From the human T2T-CHM13v2.0 reference genome, Homo sapiens: a stretch of 64,000 nucleotides of DNA. Where the stretch lies: the NCBI RefSeq assembly GCF_009914755.1, contig NC_060947.1; one strand, given 5' to 3'. Shown piece after piece: positions 30,501 through 44,752 of the stretch (the stretch's first letter is position 1; each line of letters opens with the position of its first letter). Under the pieces are notes generated by a model. It saw only the letters and a program-made list of their open reading frames with translations. It was not told the origin of the DNA and searched no databases. Made by a program: the position numbers and the translations under genes.

Positions 30501-32428
30501 AATTACTTGGGTGTTGTTATCTATGCTATATTTGTTTTAAGGTTAGCCCAAGCTCAGTAATGTTGTGATTCCTGCAGACTCATAGAAGTCTTGGACAAGA
30601 TCCATGAGAATTCTCTGCATTACCAGGTGGAAACTATTGTTCCCTTCCCTTAATTTATCCCAAATATACAGTTAGGCTTTGTTCTGAGCATCCTAAAGCT
30701 GGGGTGGTGTGACACAAGCACTCCTGTGGTCACCAACACTATGACTGCACAAGCACCCCCGTGGCCACCACCACTATGGCAGGTCTGAAGCCAGCACAGC
30801 ACTGGGTCTCACCCAAGGCCTGCTGTAACCTGTCCCTGGATACTGCTTGTGTTTGCTCAAGGATCTGGGGTCTACAGTCAGCAAGTGGCATAACCAGCCA
30901 GGCCTTTGTCCTTTCTTCAAGGTGGCAAGGTCCCCCAAACCTCGGGTGGGTCCAGAAGTGCTTTCTGAGAGTCAGGGTCTAGAGCCAAAAGCCTTAGAAG
31001 TCTGCCTTGTGTTCTATTATATTGTGGCTGAGCTGGCACTCAGACCACATGGTGCAGGCCTTCCCACTCTTCCCTCCCCTTTTCAAAGGCAGAGGATTCT
31101 CACCTTGTAGCCACCACCACACCAGGCCATGAGGAGTACTGCCAACCTACCACAGATATTCCTGTAAGACTCCAGGTCTCTTCAATCAGCTTGTGGTGAG
31201 TGCTGCTTGGCCTGGGACTCACCTGTCAGAGCAGTGGGCTCCCCTCTGGCTCAGGGCAGGTCCAGACATCTTGTTCAAGAGTGAAGTTCTGGAAATGGAG
31301 AACTCAAGTGCCCACTTGGTGCTCAAATTCCTTGTGGCCATGCTGGTACTTAAAACGAGCAAATTCCCCTTTACTTTTCCTTCTGCTTTTCTCAAGTAGG
31401 AGGCTTATCCTGTAGCCACCACAGTTGAAAATGTGCTGAGCCTTCTCTGAAGCCAGCAAGTCTCAGAGGTTCACCCAAGGCCTTCGATGTAATACCTGAA
31501 TACCAGAGCTGGTTATTCAGGGCTCAAGGGCTCTTCAGTGAGCAGGTGATGAATGCTGCCAAGACTGAGTTCTTCCCTTCCAGGCAGCAGGTTTCCTTCT
31601 GGCTCAGTGTGTCTATAAATGTTTTCCAGGAGCTAGGGCCTGGAACAGTAGCCTCACAACTCTGACCCATGCCCTATTCTGCTGTGGCTGAACTGGTATT
31701 CTAGATGCAAGACAAAGTCCTCCCCACTCTTCCTTGTCCTCTCCTCAAGTGTAAGAAAGAGGTCTCTTTTGGAGCCATGAGCTTTGTAGCCAGGGTTAGG
31801 GAAAGGTAATGCCAGCATTTTTTGGCTGTCCCAGTTGGTGTCTCAGTATGTCAAATGCCGCCCCCTAGTCCACTATCTCTGAGCCTAATTCAGCACTAGA
31901 ATTTGCTTACGAGTTGCGGTCCTTATGGCCTAGACTGCTTTTCAAGTTTACTTGGAGACAGCATGCTGTGGATTGAGATGGTGAGGTTTGTGGGAACTCA
32001 AGTTCCTACTGCTGGGATCACGGATTCCCCTCTGGCTAGGGCTGGTTTAAATGTTCCGTCCACAGGTGGGCATCTGCTGAGTTTTGTCTGGTTTTTCTTT
32101 CTGCTCTGATAGAACAGTACCGAGTATACTGCCTCATGATTGCTTTGTTTTCTCTCTCCCAGTGCCCAGAGAGGCTCTCCACAACAAGTGGCTGTTGCAG
32201 AGTGTAGCAGAGAGGTGGTGTTGGTAATTCAGGATTTAAAAAAATATATATCTTCAGTGCATATTTCAGCAATATGAAGTTAAAACCAGGTACTATGAGT
32301 GCTCACATAATTTTTGGTTCTTATGAAGGTTTATTTCTGTGTAGATAGTTGTTAACTTAGTGTCCTTGTTGGGGGTGGGGAAGATGATTGATGGAGTTTT
32401 CTATTTTGCCATCTTGCTCCACCCTCTC
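24545..32428 (-). mobile_element. Essentially full-length degraded LINE-1 (L1MA1-type)
   Basis: 3' UTR gcaatatgaaacaagcacattatggagaatggggtatcc; ORF2 remnants (24902-25144; 26411-26635 [13 protein letters not shown]); ORF1 region ~29450-30300; 5' start CAAGATGGC near 32408-32416. Confidence 0.92.
28993..29305 (-). mobile_element. AluS with (ATT)n-degenerate tail, inserted in the L1MA1 inter-ORF region
   Basis: Dimeric Alu sequence ending ...gccactgcgcccagcc; flanking repeat tgtagtta at 28982 and 29306. Confidence 0.95.
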
Positions 32429-33997
32429 TTCTGAAATCCACTGCTTCTGCTTATCATCATTAAACATGAAGCTGTTTGTTGGTTTGAATTAAATAATTGT
32501 ATATTTCATTGATAAAATATTTTTCTCCTTATTAAATAAGAAATTTTAAAACCAAGAATGCCAATTTGCAGATTATTCTCAATTGCTTTCATTCAACTAT
32601 CTTCTCCTGGCTGGGTTTTCTGATCTCAGATTATTTTGATTTGCAACTACCTGCTTTGGCTTTATAAATGCAATGCTGTCTATAATCTCTTTGAAAATAC
32701 AAATTAGACACTTTATTATATTTATCATCAAAAAACTAGAACCAACACCTTTAGTCTGATTCTTCAAGTGGTACCTTTCTTTAAATCTGCAGTATGTCTT
32801 CATAAACCCAGCCATATTTTTATATTTTCTAACTTTGAATAAATATACAGATGTGTTAGCTTTTTCTTGTTGTGCCAACTTAACCTCTTTCACACCACAC
32901 TCTCACCTTGGAGGGATATGCCTTGTTAGGAAGAATTGTTTCCACATTAGCTTTCTGCATCTTGTCTTTATGTGCTCTCAGTGATTTAGTAGTATTAAAG
33001 GGATATGTCAAGGTCTTCTTCATTTGCTTCCCAGGCTTGTCAAACATTCTGAATGGGCATGTTAACATATCTTAGGGTTGTTAACATATCTATCTAGAAT
33101 TTGTATTGTACCCTTCCTGCATTTCAGCACCATTAAAGGTTTTTACCTATTTTTATATTTTGCAATTTATTTCTACAGGCATGTGAAAGGTAACGAAGTC
33201 AATACTTATGATCGTGTCATCAATTTACCTAGAATTTCTAATTTTTATACTTTTTAACCCATAGAACCAATATAATAACCTTCATAAATAAATGGAATCT
33301 TCCATTTTACTTAATCTTTACAAGTCAATATTTGCGACATTTTATAAGTCTTTGCCAAGTATGTTCATTCAATATCTACATCCTTCTATAATTCAGTAAT
33401 AATTATTGCTTTGTTCTATTTCTGCCTATTTTTGGTTAAGTGCACACAAACATTAATATCATTTGTAAAAAAAGTACTTTGTGAAAAGTGAATTGAAATT
33501 TATTATGAGTAATGTGTGAATTTGCAAATAAAGCTCTTTTCTGTATACATTACCAAGTCCAATAAATCTTATACTTGCCAGTAGACATGATTAATTTATA
33601 TTGAAAGCATATTAGAGTGGGTATATGTAAATACTAACACAATTTATTTCAATGTACAATGGAACTCATTTGGCTAATGCATATTGCTTTTGTTGCACAA
33701 TCAACAAAATCCACTGCTTTCAAACAAATAAGATAGAATAGTGATGTAGATGACTATCATCTGTGTTTAAAGAATTACATTGGATATACATCTATATTAA
33801 AAAGAAGTTTAATATTTCAACTGAAGACATAACAATAGCTTACAAAAATAGCATTGGGTTTCACTTCATCTCATAATTCAGTGTAACAGCATAATCATTC
33901 TATGTTGCATGATTATAAATAGGACTGATGCGTTTACTGACCTTTACTCAAAAATATTTGACAATTTTTCTAGTAATGTTGCAGTTCTTTAGAATAG

Positions 33998-34147
<150 letters not shown>

Positions 34148-37100
34148 TGATCTTCAAGCTAATCATGCTTGATGTCACTTAAAAGGTTGACAAATCATGC
34201 TTTGTTTCATAATTAATATATAATCTAAAAGAGGAGGAAAGAAATCATGGCAGATGGGAGGCAGGACTAGATTACAGCTCTCACTCAGAAGGACAGAACA
34301 GTGTGTGGAGGCTCACATTGTGAATTTTTGCTCCAGAATGACTGCAGGAATACATTAGGAAAGCCAGGAGAACCCACAGACCCTCCGAAGGAGGCAGATT
34401 GCTCCTACAGGGCCCACGAGACACCCCAAATACTGTGAGTGCCTAAACTGTGGAAGTGGAAAAGAGAGATCTTCTGCCCCCGAACACACACCCCCACTGG
34501 GGAACCTGAATGTCTAAATTATAGGAGAAGATTCTGACCCTACCTGGAGTTGAGTCCATTTAGAAAGCTGAGCAAAATACAGAGGTAGAGGAAGCAGTGG
34601 GAAAATCCCTGTGGGCTCGCTGGGTCCCCTAGGAAGCCATTTCTGCCTTGCCTCACAGGGGTCCTTGAGGAGGGCTGTCAGAAGCACTGGGAAAAGGCCA
34701 CAGGGATAAGAAAACCTCCAGTTGAACTTTGTAACAATTTGAACCAATTGAGAAGCCTCCTGGCCAGAACTCAAGAGAGGGCATGAATCCATTGTGCAGA
34801 CTCCACAGGCAAGGGAAGAAGGCAAGCCCTACTTACTTTCACAGCTGGGAGGTAAGTAGCCTGAGCCCAGTTGCTCACTGCCTGGAAACACACTCAGTAC
34901 TGTTGGCGGGGGAGAGGGGCATGGTGGGAATGAGACTGGCCCTTTGGGTTGCACGGGAGCTGGGTGAGGCCTGTGACTGCAGGCTTTCTCCCACTTCCCT
35001 GACAACCTGCATGACACACTAAAGGCAGCCATAATCCTCCTAGAAACATAACTCCATTGACCTGGGAACCTCACACCCATCCCCCACAGCAGCTGCAGCA
35101 AGACCTGCCCAAGTAGAGTCTGAGCTCAGACATGCCTAGCCACACTGCCCCCACCTAATGGTCATTCCCTATCCACCCTGGTAACTGAAGACAAAGGGCA
35201 TATACTCTTGGGAATTCTAGGGCCCTACCCACCATCTGTTACCCCCCATACTAGCACAGTTGATGATGCTCTCTTGAAAGCACCACCTCCTGGCAGGAGG
35301 CCAATCAGCACAAAAATAATGCACTAGTCAACCAAGGGTAAGGATCCTCACAGAATCCATTTCACCCTTTTGCCACCTCCATGGGAGCAAGTGCTGGTAT
35401 CCATGCCTGAGAGACCCACAGACAGTTCACATCACAGGACTCTGTGCAGACAACCCCCAGTACCAGCCCAAAGACTGGTAGACTTGTTGGGTGGCTAGAT
35501 CCAGAAGAGAGATAATCACTATAGCTTGACTCTCAGGAAGCCACATCCCTAGGAAAAGGGGGAGAGTACTACATCAAGGCAACACACGTGGAACAAAAGA
35601 AAACGAACAACAGCCTGGAGCCCTAGACCTTCCCTATGACAGAGCCTATCCAAATAAGAAGGAACTAGAAAATCATCTCTCATAATATGACAAACAAAAT
35701 TCTTTAACACCCCCCAAAAATAACACTAGCTCACCAGCAACGGATCCAAACCAAGAAGAAATCCCTGATTTACCTGAAAATGAATTCAGAAAGTTAGTTA
35801 TTATGCTAATTAGGGAGGCACCAGAGAATGGCAAAGCCCAGTGTAAGAAAATCTAAAAAATAATACAAGAAGTAAAGGGAGAAATATTCAATGAGATAGA
35901 TAGCATAAATAAAAAACAATCAAAACTTCAGGAAACAATGGACACACTTAAATAGAAATGCAAAATGCTCTAGAAAGTCTCAGCAATAGAATCAAACAAG
36001 CAGAAGAAAGAATTTCACAGCTCAAATACAAGGTTTTTGAATTAACCCAATCCAAAGAAGACAAAGAAAAGAGAATAAGAAAATATGAGCAAAGCCTCCA
36101 AGAAGTCTGGGATTATTTTAAACAACCAAACTTAAGAATAATCAGCATTCCTGAGGAAGAAGAGAAATATAAAAATCAGGAATATATTTGGGGGAATAAT
36201 GGAGGAAAGCTTCCCTGGCCTTACTGGAGAACTAGACATCCAAATACAAGAACACCTGGGATATTCATCACAAAAAGATCATCGCCTAGGCACATTATCA
36301 TCAGGTTATCTAAAGTTAAGATGAAGGAAAAAATCTTAAGAGCTGTGAGGCAAAAACACCAGGTAACCTATAAAGGAAAACCGATCAGATTAACAGCAGA
36401 CTTCTCAGCAGAAACCCTACAAGCTAGAAGGGATTGGGTCCCTATCTTCAGCCTCCTCAAACAAAACAATTACCAGCCAAAAATTTTGTACCCAGGGAAA
36501 CTGAGCTTCATAAATGAAGGAAAGATGATCTTTTTAAGACAAACAAATGCTGAGAGAATTCACCAGTACCAAGCCAGCACTACAAGAACTGCTTAAAGGA
36601 GCTCTAAATCTTGAAAACACATCAAAACAAATCCTGAAAACACATCAAAACAGAACCTCTTTAAAGCATAATTCTCAAAGGACCTATAAAACAAAAATAC
36701 AATTAAAAAAACAAACAAAAAGGTATACAGGCAACACATAGCATGATGAATGAAATGGTACCTCACATCTCAATATTAACGTTGAATGTAAATGGCCTAA
36801 ATATTCCACTTAAAAGATACAGACTTGTAGAATGGATAAGAATTCACCAACCAACTATTTGCTACCTTCAAGAGACACATCTAACACATAGGACTCACAT
36901 AAACTAAAGGTAAAGGGATGGAAAAAGACATTCCACGCAAATGTACACCAAAAGCAAGAGGAAGTAGCTATTCTGATAAACAAAACAAACTTTAAAGCAA
37001 CAACAGTTAAAAAAAAAAAAAACAAAGAGGGTTATTATATAATGACAAATGGCCTTGTATAACAGGAAAATATCACAATCCTAAATGTATATGTACCTAA

Positions 37101-39031
37101 CACTGGAACTCTCAAATTTATAAAACAATTACTAATAGACCTAAGAAATGAGATAAACAGCAACACAATAATAGTGGGGGACTTCAATACTCCACTGACA
37201 GATCATCAAGACAGAAAGTCAACAAAAAAAAATGGCTTTAAAGTATGCCCTGGAACAAATGTACTTAACAGATATTTACAGAAAATTCTACCCAACAAGT
37301 GCAGAATATACGTTCAATTCAACAGTGCATGGAACTTTCTCCAAGATAGACCATATGATAGGCCACATAACAAGCCTCAATAAATTCAAGAAAATTGAAA
37401 TTATATCAAGCACTCTCTCAGACCATAGTGGAATAAAACTGGAAATCAACCCCAAAAGGAACCTTCAAAACCATGAAAATACATGGAAATTAAATAACCT
37501 GCTCCTGAATGATCATTGGGTCAAAAATGAAATCAAGATGAAAATTAACAAATTATTCAAAATGAGTGACAATACTGACACAACCCATCAAAACCTCCGG
37601 CATACAGCAAAAGCAGGGCTCAGAGGAAAGTTTATAGCCCTAAATGCTTACATTAAAAGGTCTGAAAGAGCACAAACAGACGATCCAGTGTCACACCTCA
37701 AGGAACTAGAGAAACAAGAACAAACCAAACCCAAACCCAGCAGAAAAAAGAAAATAACCAAGATCAGAGCAGAACTAAATTAAATTGAAACAAAAAAAAA
37801 TTTGTATTTATCTTTTGTAGATAAATAAAACAAAAAGCTAGTTCTTTGAAAAGATAAATAAAATTCATAGACCATTAGCAAGATTAAGCAAGAAAAGAAA
37901 AGGGAAATTCCAAATAAGTTCAATTAGAAATGAAAGAAGAGATATTACAACTGATATCAAATAAATACAGAAGATCATTCAAGGTTTGATGAACACCTTT
38001 ATGCACATAAACTAGAACACCTAGAGGAGATGGATACATTCCTAGAAAGATACAACCTTCCTAGCTTAAATAAGGAAGAATTAGATAGTCTAAACAGACC
38101 AATAACTAGCAGCAAGATTGAAATGGTAATTTAAAACTTACTAACAAAAAAAATTCCTGGTCCAGACAGATTCACAGGATAACTCTATCAGACATTCAAA
38201 GAAGAATTGGTACCAATCCTACTGACACTAATCCACAAGATAGAGAGAGAGGGAACCCTCCCTAAATCATTCTATGAAGCTAGTTTCGCCCTGATACCAA
38301 AACCAGGAAAGGACACAACAAAAAAAGAAAACTACAGACCAATATCCCTGATTAACATAGATGCTAAAATCCTTAACAAAATATTAGCTAACTAAATCCA
38401 ACAACATATCAAAAAGATAATCCACTATGATCAAGTGGGTTTCATACCAAGGATGCAGGGATGGTTTAATGTACACAAGTCAATAAATGTGCTATACCAC
38501 ATAAACAGAATCAAAAACAAAAATCACATGATCATCTCAATAGATGCAGGAGAAGCATTTGACAAAATCCAGAATTCCTTTATGATTAAACCTGTCAGCA
38601 AAATCGGCATACAAGAGACATACCTCAATGTAATAAAAGCCATCTATGACAAACCCACAGCCAACATAATACTGAATGGGGAAAAGTTGGAAGACTTACC
38701 ACTGAGAACTGGAAGAAGACAAGGATGCCCACTCTTACCATGCCTCTTTAACATATTACTGGAAGTCCTAGCCAGAGCAATCAGACAAGAGAAAGAAATA
38801 AAGGGCATACAAATTGGTAAAGAGGAAGTTAAACTGTCACTATTTGCTGATGGTATGATTGTTTACATAGAAAACCCTAAAGACTCCTCCAGAAAGCTCC
38901 TAGAACTGACAAAATAATTCAGCAAAATTTCCAGATATAAAATTTATATACACTAATCAGTAGCTCTTCTATACACCAACAGTGACCAAGCTGAGAATCA
39001 AATCAAGAACTCAACTCCTTTTACAATAGCT

Positions 39032-39033
<2 letters not shown>

Positions 39034-39068
<35 letters not shown>
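39034..39068 (+). repeat. Poly(A) tract (35 A) inside L1PB1 ORF2
   Basis: Read directly from the sequence. Confidence 0.95.
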
Positions 39069-39069
<1 letters not shown>

Positions 39070-40409
39070 AAACTTAGGAATATACCTAACCAAGGAGATG
39101 AAAGACTCTACAAGAAGAACTACAAAACACAGTTGAAAAAAATCATAGATGACATAAACAAATGGAAACAGATCCCATGCTCATGGATGGGTAGAATCAA
39201 TATTGTGAAAATGACCCTACTTGCCAAAAGTAATCTACAAATTCAATGTAATTCCCATGAAAATACCACCACCATTCTTCACAGAACTAGAAAAAAAAAA
39301 TCCTAAAATTCATATGGAACCAAAAAAGAGTCCACATAGCCAAAGCAAGACTGAGCAAAAAGAACAAATCTGGAGGCATCCATTACCTGATTTCAAACTA
39401 TGCTATATGACCATAGTCGCCAAAACAGCATGGTACTGGCATAAAAATTGGCACATAGACCAATGGCACAGAATAGAAAACTCAGAAATAAAGCCAAATA
39501 CTTAAAGCCAGTTGATCTTCAACAAAGCACACAAAAACATAAAGTGGGGAAAGGACACCCTCTTCAACAAATGGTACTGGGATAATTGGCAAGCCACATA
39601 TAGGAGAATTAAACTGGATCCTCATCTCTCACCTTATACAAAAATCAACTCAAGATGGATTGAAGACTTAAATCTATGACCTGAAACTATAAAGATTCTA
39701 GAAGATAACATTGGAAAAACCCTTCTAGACATTGGCTTATGTAAGAATTTTATGACCAAGAACCCAAAAACAAATGCAATAAAAACAATGATAAATAGCT
39801 GGGACTTAATTAAACTAAAGAGTTTTTGCACGGCAAAAGAAACAGTAGGCAGAACAAACAGAAAACCCACAAAGTGGGAGAAAATCTTCACAATCTATAC
39901 ATATGATGAAGGACTAACATCCAGAATCTACAACAAACTCAAACAAATTAGCAAGAACAAAACAAACAACCCATCAAAAAGTGGGCTAAGGACATGAATT
40001 ATCAAAAGAAGATAATAAGAACAACAAACAAAAGAAAAAAAGTTCAATATCACTAATGATCAGGGAAATGCAAATCAAAACCACAATGCAATACCACCTT
40101 ACTCCTGCAAGAATGCCCATAATCAAAAAGAAAAAAAAAATAGATGTTAGCATGGATGCAGCAAACAGGGACACTTCTACCTTGCTGTTGAGAATGCAAA
40201 CTAGTACAACCACTATGGAAAACAGTGTGAAGATTCTTTAAAGAACTAAAAGTAAAATTAATATTTGATCCAGCAATCCCACTACTCAGTATCTACCCAG
40301 AGGAAAAAGATACTTGCACATGCATGTTTATAGCAGCACAATTTGCAATTGCAAAAAAGTGGAACCAACCCAAATGCCCATCAATCAACGAGTGTATAAA
40401 GAAACTGTG

Positions 40410-40650
40410 ATATATATATAATATATGTAATACGTATTATATATATAATATATATAATACATAATATATATATAATATATAATACATAATATATATAATA
40501 TATATAATACATAATATATATAATATATATAATACATAATATATATAATATATATAATACGTTATATATATAATATATATAATACGTTATATATATAATA
40601 TATATAATACGTTATATATATAATATATATAATACGTATTATATATATAA
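40410..40650. repeat. AT-rich minisatellite, ~25-bp unit x9, inside L1PB1
   Basis: AATAC anchors at 40429, 40456, 40481, 40506, 40531, 40556, 40581, 40606 and 40631. Confidence 0.95.
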
Positions 40651-41599
40651 AATGGAATACTACTCATCCATAAAAAGGAATGAATTAATGGTATTTGTTG
40701 TGACCTGGATGAGATTGGAGACTATTATTCTAAGTGAAGTAACTCAGGAATAGAAAACCAAACATTGTATGTTCTCACTCTTATGTGGAAGCTAAGCTAT
40801 GAGGATGCAAAAGCATAAGAAAAACACAATGGGCTTTGTAGACTCAGAGGGAAAGGATGGGAAGAGGGTGAGGGATAAAAGATCACAATTTGGGTGCAGT
40901 GTGTACTCCTTGGGTGATGGGTACACCAAAATTTCACAAATCACCGCCAAAGAACTTACTCGTGTAATGAAACACCACGTGTTCCCCAATAACCTATGGA
41001 AATAAAAAAAATTAAAAAGAATGTATCATAGTACCTTAGTCATTTTGGCATGTTCTGTCTAATCATCTATATCTAACTCTCTTAAGAGTTTAGTTTAATC
41101 AACTTTTGTTTAGCACATTACCCATTTATTTGGGCTTTTTGCATAGACCTAGGGTTTTCTTGATTAACACCATTGTCATTTTTTATGTCAACAATTTGAG
41201 GAAAATTGGTGCCTTTGTAGACAAAGATGATGATTTAGTTTGTCTTTATTGAAGAAATATTATTTGACTTAAATACAAAGAAAGTGCTTATACTTTAAAC
41301 CATTTACACACCAACATACATGACAAAATGTGATATATGTTCACATAAAAAATGTCTCAAAATATAATAAAAAAACTATGCTTAAGAATATTGAAAGTAA
41401 TTTCAGGAATAATTTGTAAAATTATGGGGAATTTGAAGCATTTTAATTGATTAATATTATTGCTATTGTAGCAATAATATTAAGCAAAAGTATATAAATA
41501 TTATAATGAAACAAAATGTCATTTCATGAAACATTATTTGAGAGACATATAAGAATTATAACTGTATTTCATATGTTTAAAAAAGTGAAGCATAAGAGC

Positions 41600-42695
41600 A
41601 GCAAAACTATTCTGATGGTAGATACATGACACTATACATTTGTCGAAACCCATAGAACTTTATAGCACAAAGAATGAACTTTAAATATTTAAATTCTTAA
41701 GAAAATAATTTAAGAGGTTGAAGGATCACAGTAAAAAAATTCAGATTATAACAAAATAATCTAACTCTACCACAAACGTATGGAACAACCTCATGAAGAG
41801 GGTGAGAGAATAAGGTGCTAACCTGAGTAATGTTGGAAATAAATGGATTCTATGAGGCTAAAGTTAAAATAAAATATCCATAAGCACTGTGTTTAAGTCA
41901 GTAAAGTTGTTTCCCATGGGGTATGGTTTAACAATTCTGAAACCACTTTACAAGTGTACAAGAATTGAACAATTAAGGTAGTTGATGATGGTGTTTAGCT
42001 TAATATAGATACAGATACATTCATATTTATATATCCCTTTATGTTTGTATACACATAAATATGTGTACATACATGGGTTAATATACATACATATGTTTTG
42101 TTGCTGCCTCAGCTTGGAGGGCCTATAAACAATGGGATCTAAGTAGTAATAAGCACCCCACCACCCAATCTAGGTTTATAAAATTATTCTCCAACAAAAA
42201 TAACTAAGGCTCTTTGGAGAAATGGCTGATTCCAGGACTGGGGCTAAGAATATATGAAAGATGAACCTGGAGGATCTTTTAGTTGCAAAGAATAAGGAAG
42301 TGCTAAAGAGATTTAAAAAGATGGGAGTACATCAAGGAAACAAAAGAAACAACTGAAAGAACTCCCAATGGTCAAAGTTGAAATAATTTGAACAACAAAA
42401 TAAATACATAAATAAATACTGGATTATAAACCAAAGTATAAAATATCCATGAGTATATATTGGTGTAAATAAATTATTGAATGGTAAATAAATTGGGGAG
42501 AAGAGACAAATATCCCATTTAGAAGAATTCAAAATAATTTCACTTGATATTCTACCCTTAAGGTGGTGCATACTTCTCCAGTCCTTAAATGTGGGTTACA
42601 TATAAAGACTTCCTTCCAAAAAGTACAGTGTTAAAGGAGAAATGAAACCTGACAAACACTAACTCAGCCAGCTGATCAAGATTAACACCAACAGA
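41600..42695 (+). mobile_element. Ancient LINE-1 3' UTR (L1MC3/L1MD-type)
   Basis: gatacatgacactatacatttgtcgaaacccatagaac...ggagaaatggctgattccagg...gaaacctgacaaacactaactcagccag. Confidence 0.75.
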
Positions 42696-42704
42696 TGGAA
42701 GCAC

Positions 42705-44752
42705 ATGGTAAAATGGTGGATAGGAGGCAGAACTAAGTTGCAGCTCCCACTCAGACTTGGATGGACAAAGCAGAATGTGGAGACTCACATTATGAAATTT
42801 TGCTCCAAGAACTACCACAGGAACATACCAGGAAACCTGAAAGAATCCACAGGCCCTTTGAAGGAAGCAGCTTGCCACTTTAGGCTTCCTGAGACAGCTA
42901 TAAAACTGTGAGTGCCCTAAGCGCGTAAGAGGGGAAAGTCCATCCCTAACCACACATCCTCACTGGGGAAAAGGAAGGCCCAGATCACGGGAGAAGAATT
43001 TAACATTACCTGGAGCTGAGACAAATTTAAAGAGCCAAGCAAAATATAGGAGTAGAGGAAGCAGTGAGAAGAGCCATTTCCTCAGACTATGTCAGAACAC
43101 TCTCAGTCCCCAGGGAAGCCATTTATGACTTTGTCTCACAGAGGTTACTGGGGAGGCCTGCCAGTGGAATTAGGGAAAGACCACAGGGAGAAGGAAACTT
43201 CCAGCTGAACCTTGTAGCAATTTTGACTGAATGCAAGTTTCCTGGACAGAATTCCGGGGAGTGTGGGAACATGCAGCACAGAAGCTGAATCAGGCGGGGA
43301 GGCGCAAAACCTGAAAGCCCTGCTTGCTTTCTCAGCAGGGAGGCTTGTAGTTTGGGGCAGGTTCTTTGCCCTGCCCACCAGCTGCCTGGAAATAAACTTG
43401 CTACTATTGGGTGGACATGTTGGGAGTGGGACTGGCCTTTCTGATTGCATGGAAGCTGGGTGAGGCCTGTCACTGCCAACTTTCCATCCCTTCTCTGGAA
43501 ACCTGTATGACACAGCAGAGGCAGTCATAATCACCCTGGGAACATAACTCCATTGGCCTGAGAACCACAACCTCAGCCCCCACAGTGGCTGCAGAAAGCT
43601 CTGCCCAAGGAGAAGCTAAACTCAGACATGCCTAATCCTGCCCCAACCTGTTGGTCTCTCTCTACCCACCCTGGTAGCTGAAGACAATGGATATAATGTC
43701 TTGGGCGCTGCATGGCCCCACCCACCACGTGAGGAACCTGAATACTTATCCAGGTAACCCTAGGGCAAGCTTGCATCCTCCCTATACTATTGCAGCTGAT
43801 GATATCTTGAAAGCACCACCTCTTGGCTGGAGGCCAACCAACACAAAACCAGTGGACTAAACAAAACTACAACCAAGGACCCTCACAGAGTCTACTTTAC
43901 TCCCCTGGTACCTCCACTGTAGCAGGTGCTGGTATCCATGGCTGAGAGACCTGAAGACAGATTACATCATGGGACTCTTTGCTGACACTCCCCAGTTCCA
44001 GTCCAGAGCCCAATAGCTCTGCTGGGTGGCTAGACCCAGAAGAGAAATAACAATCACTACAGTTTGGCTCTCAGGAAGCCCCATCTCTAGGGGAAGCGGG
44101 AGAGCACGACATCAAGGGAGCACCCCATGGGACAAAAGAATCTGAACACCAGCTCTCGAATCCCAGAACTTCCCTCTGACACAGTCTATCCAAATGAGAA
44201 GGAACCAGAAAAACAATTTGGGTAACATGACAAAACAAAGTTATTTAACAACCCGCCAAAATCACACTAGTTCACCAGCAATGGTTCCAAACCAATAAGA
44301 AATCTCTGCATTTCCAGAAAAAGAGTTCAGAAAATCTATTATTAAGCTACTAAAGGGGGCACCAGAGAAAGGTGACTATCAACTTAAAGAAATTTAAAAA
44401 AAAGATACAGGATATAAATGGAAAAATGTTAAGAGAATTATATAGCATAAATTAAAAAACAATTACAACTTTTGGAAATGAAGGACACACTTAGAGAAAT
44501 GCAAAATACACTGGAAACTCTTAACATTAGAATCAAACAAGTAGAAGAAAGAACTTCAGAGTTCAAAGACAAGGATTTTAAATTAACCCAATCAGAAAGA
44601 CAATAAACAAAGAATTTTAAAAATGAACAAAGCTTCTAAAATTTGGGATTATGTTAAATGACAAAATCTAAGAATGATTGATGTAGAAGAGAAATCTAAA
44701 AGTTTTGAAAACATATTTGAGAGAATAATCGAGGAAAACTTCCCTAGCTTTG
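42705..44752 (+). mobile_element. L1PB-type 5' UTR and partial ORF1
   Basis: 5' UTR collinear with the L1PB1 at 34231; ORF1 remnant ending gaggaaaacttccctagc at the LTR junction. Confidence 0.9.

Larger units (their letters stand above)
34231..41017 (+). mobile_element. Full-length degraded LINE-1 (L1PB1-type)
   Basis: L1PB 5' UTR (atggcagatgggaggcaggactagatt); ORF1 remnant 35958-36596; ORF2 remnants 37232-40241 (RT motif mutated to FADG); 3' end ccccaataacctatggaaataaaaaa. Confidence 0.95.

Noticed and set aside
40410-40650. Regularly spaced repeats superficially like a CRISPR array
   Set aside because: No unique spacers, no cas genes and a mammalian context: a simple minisatellite
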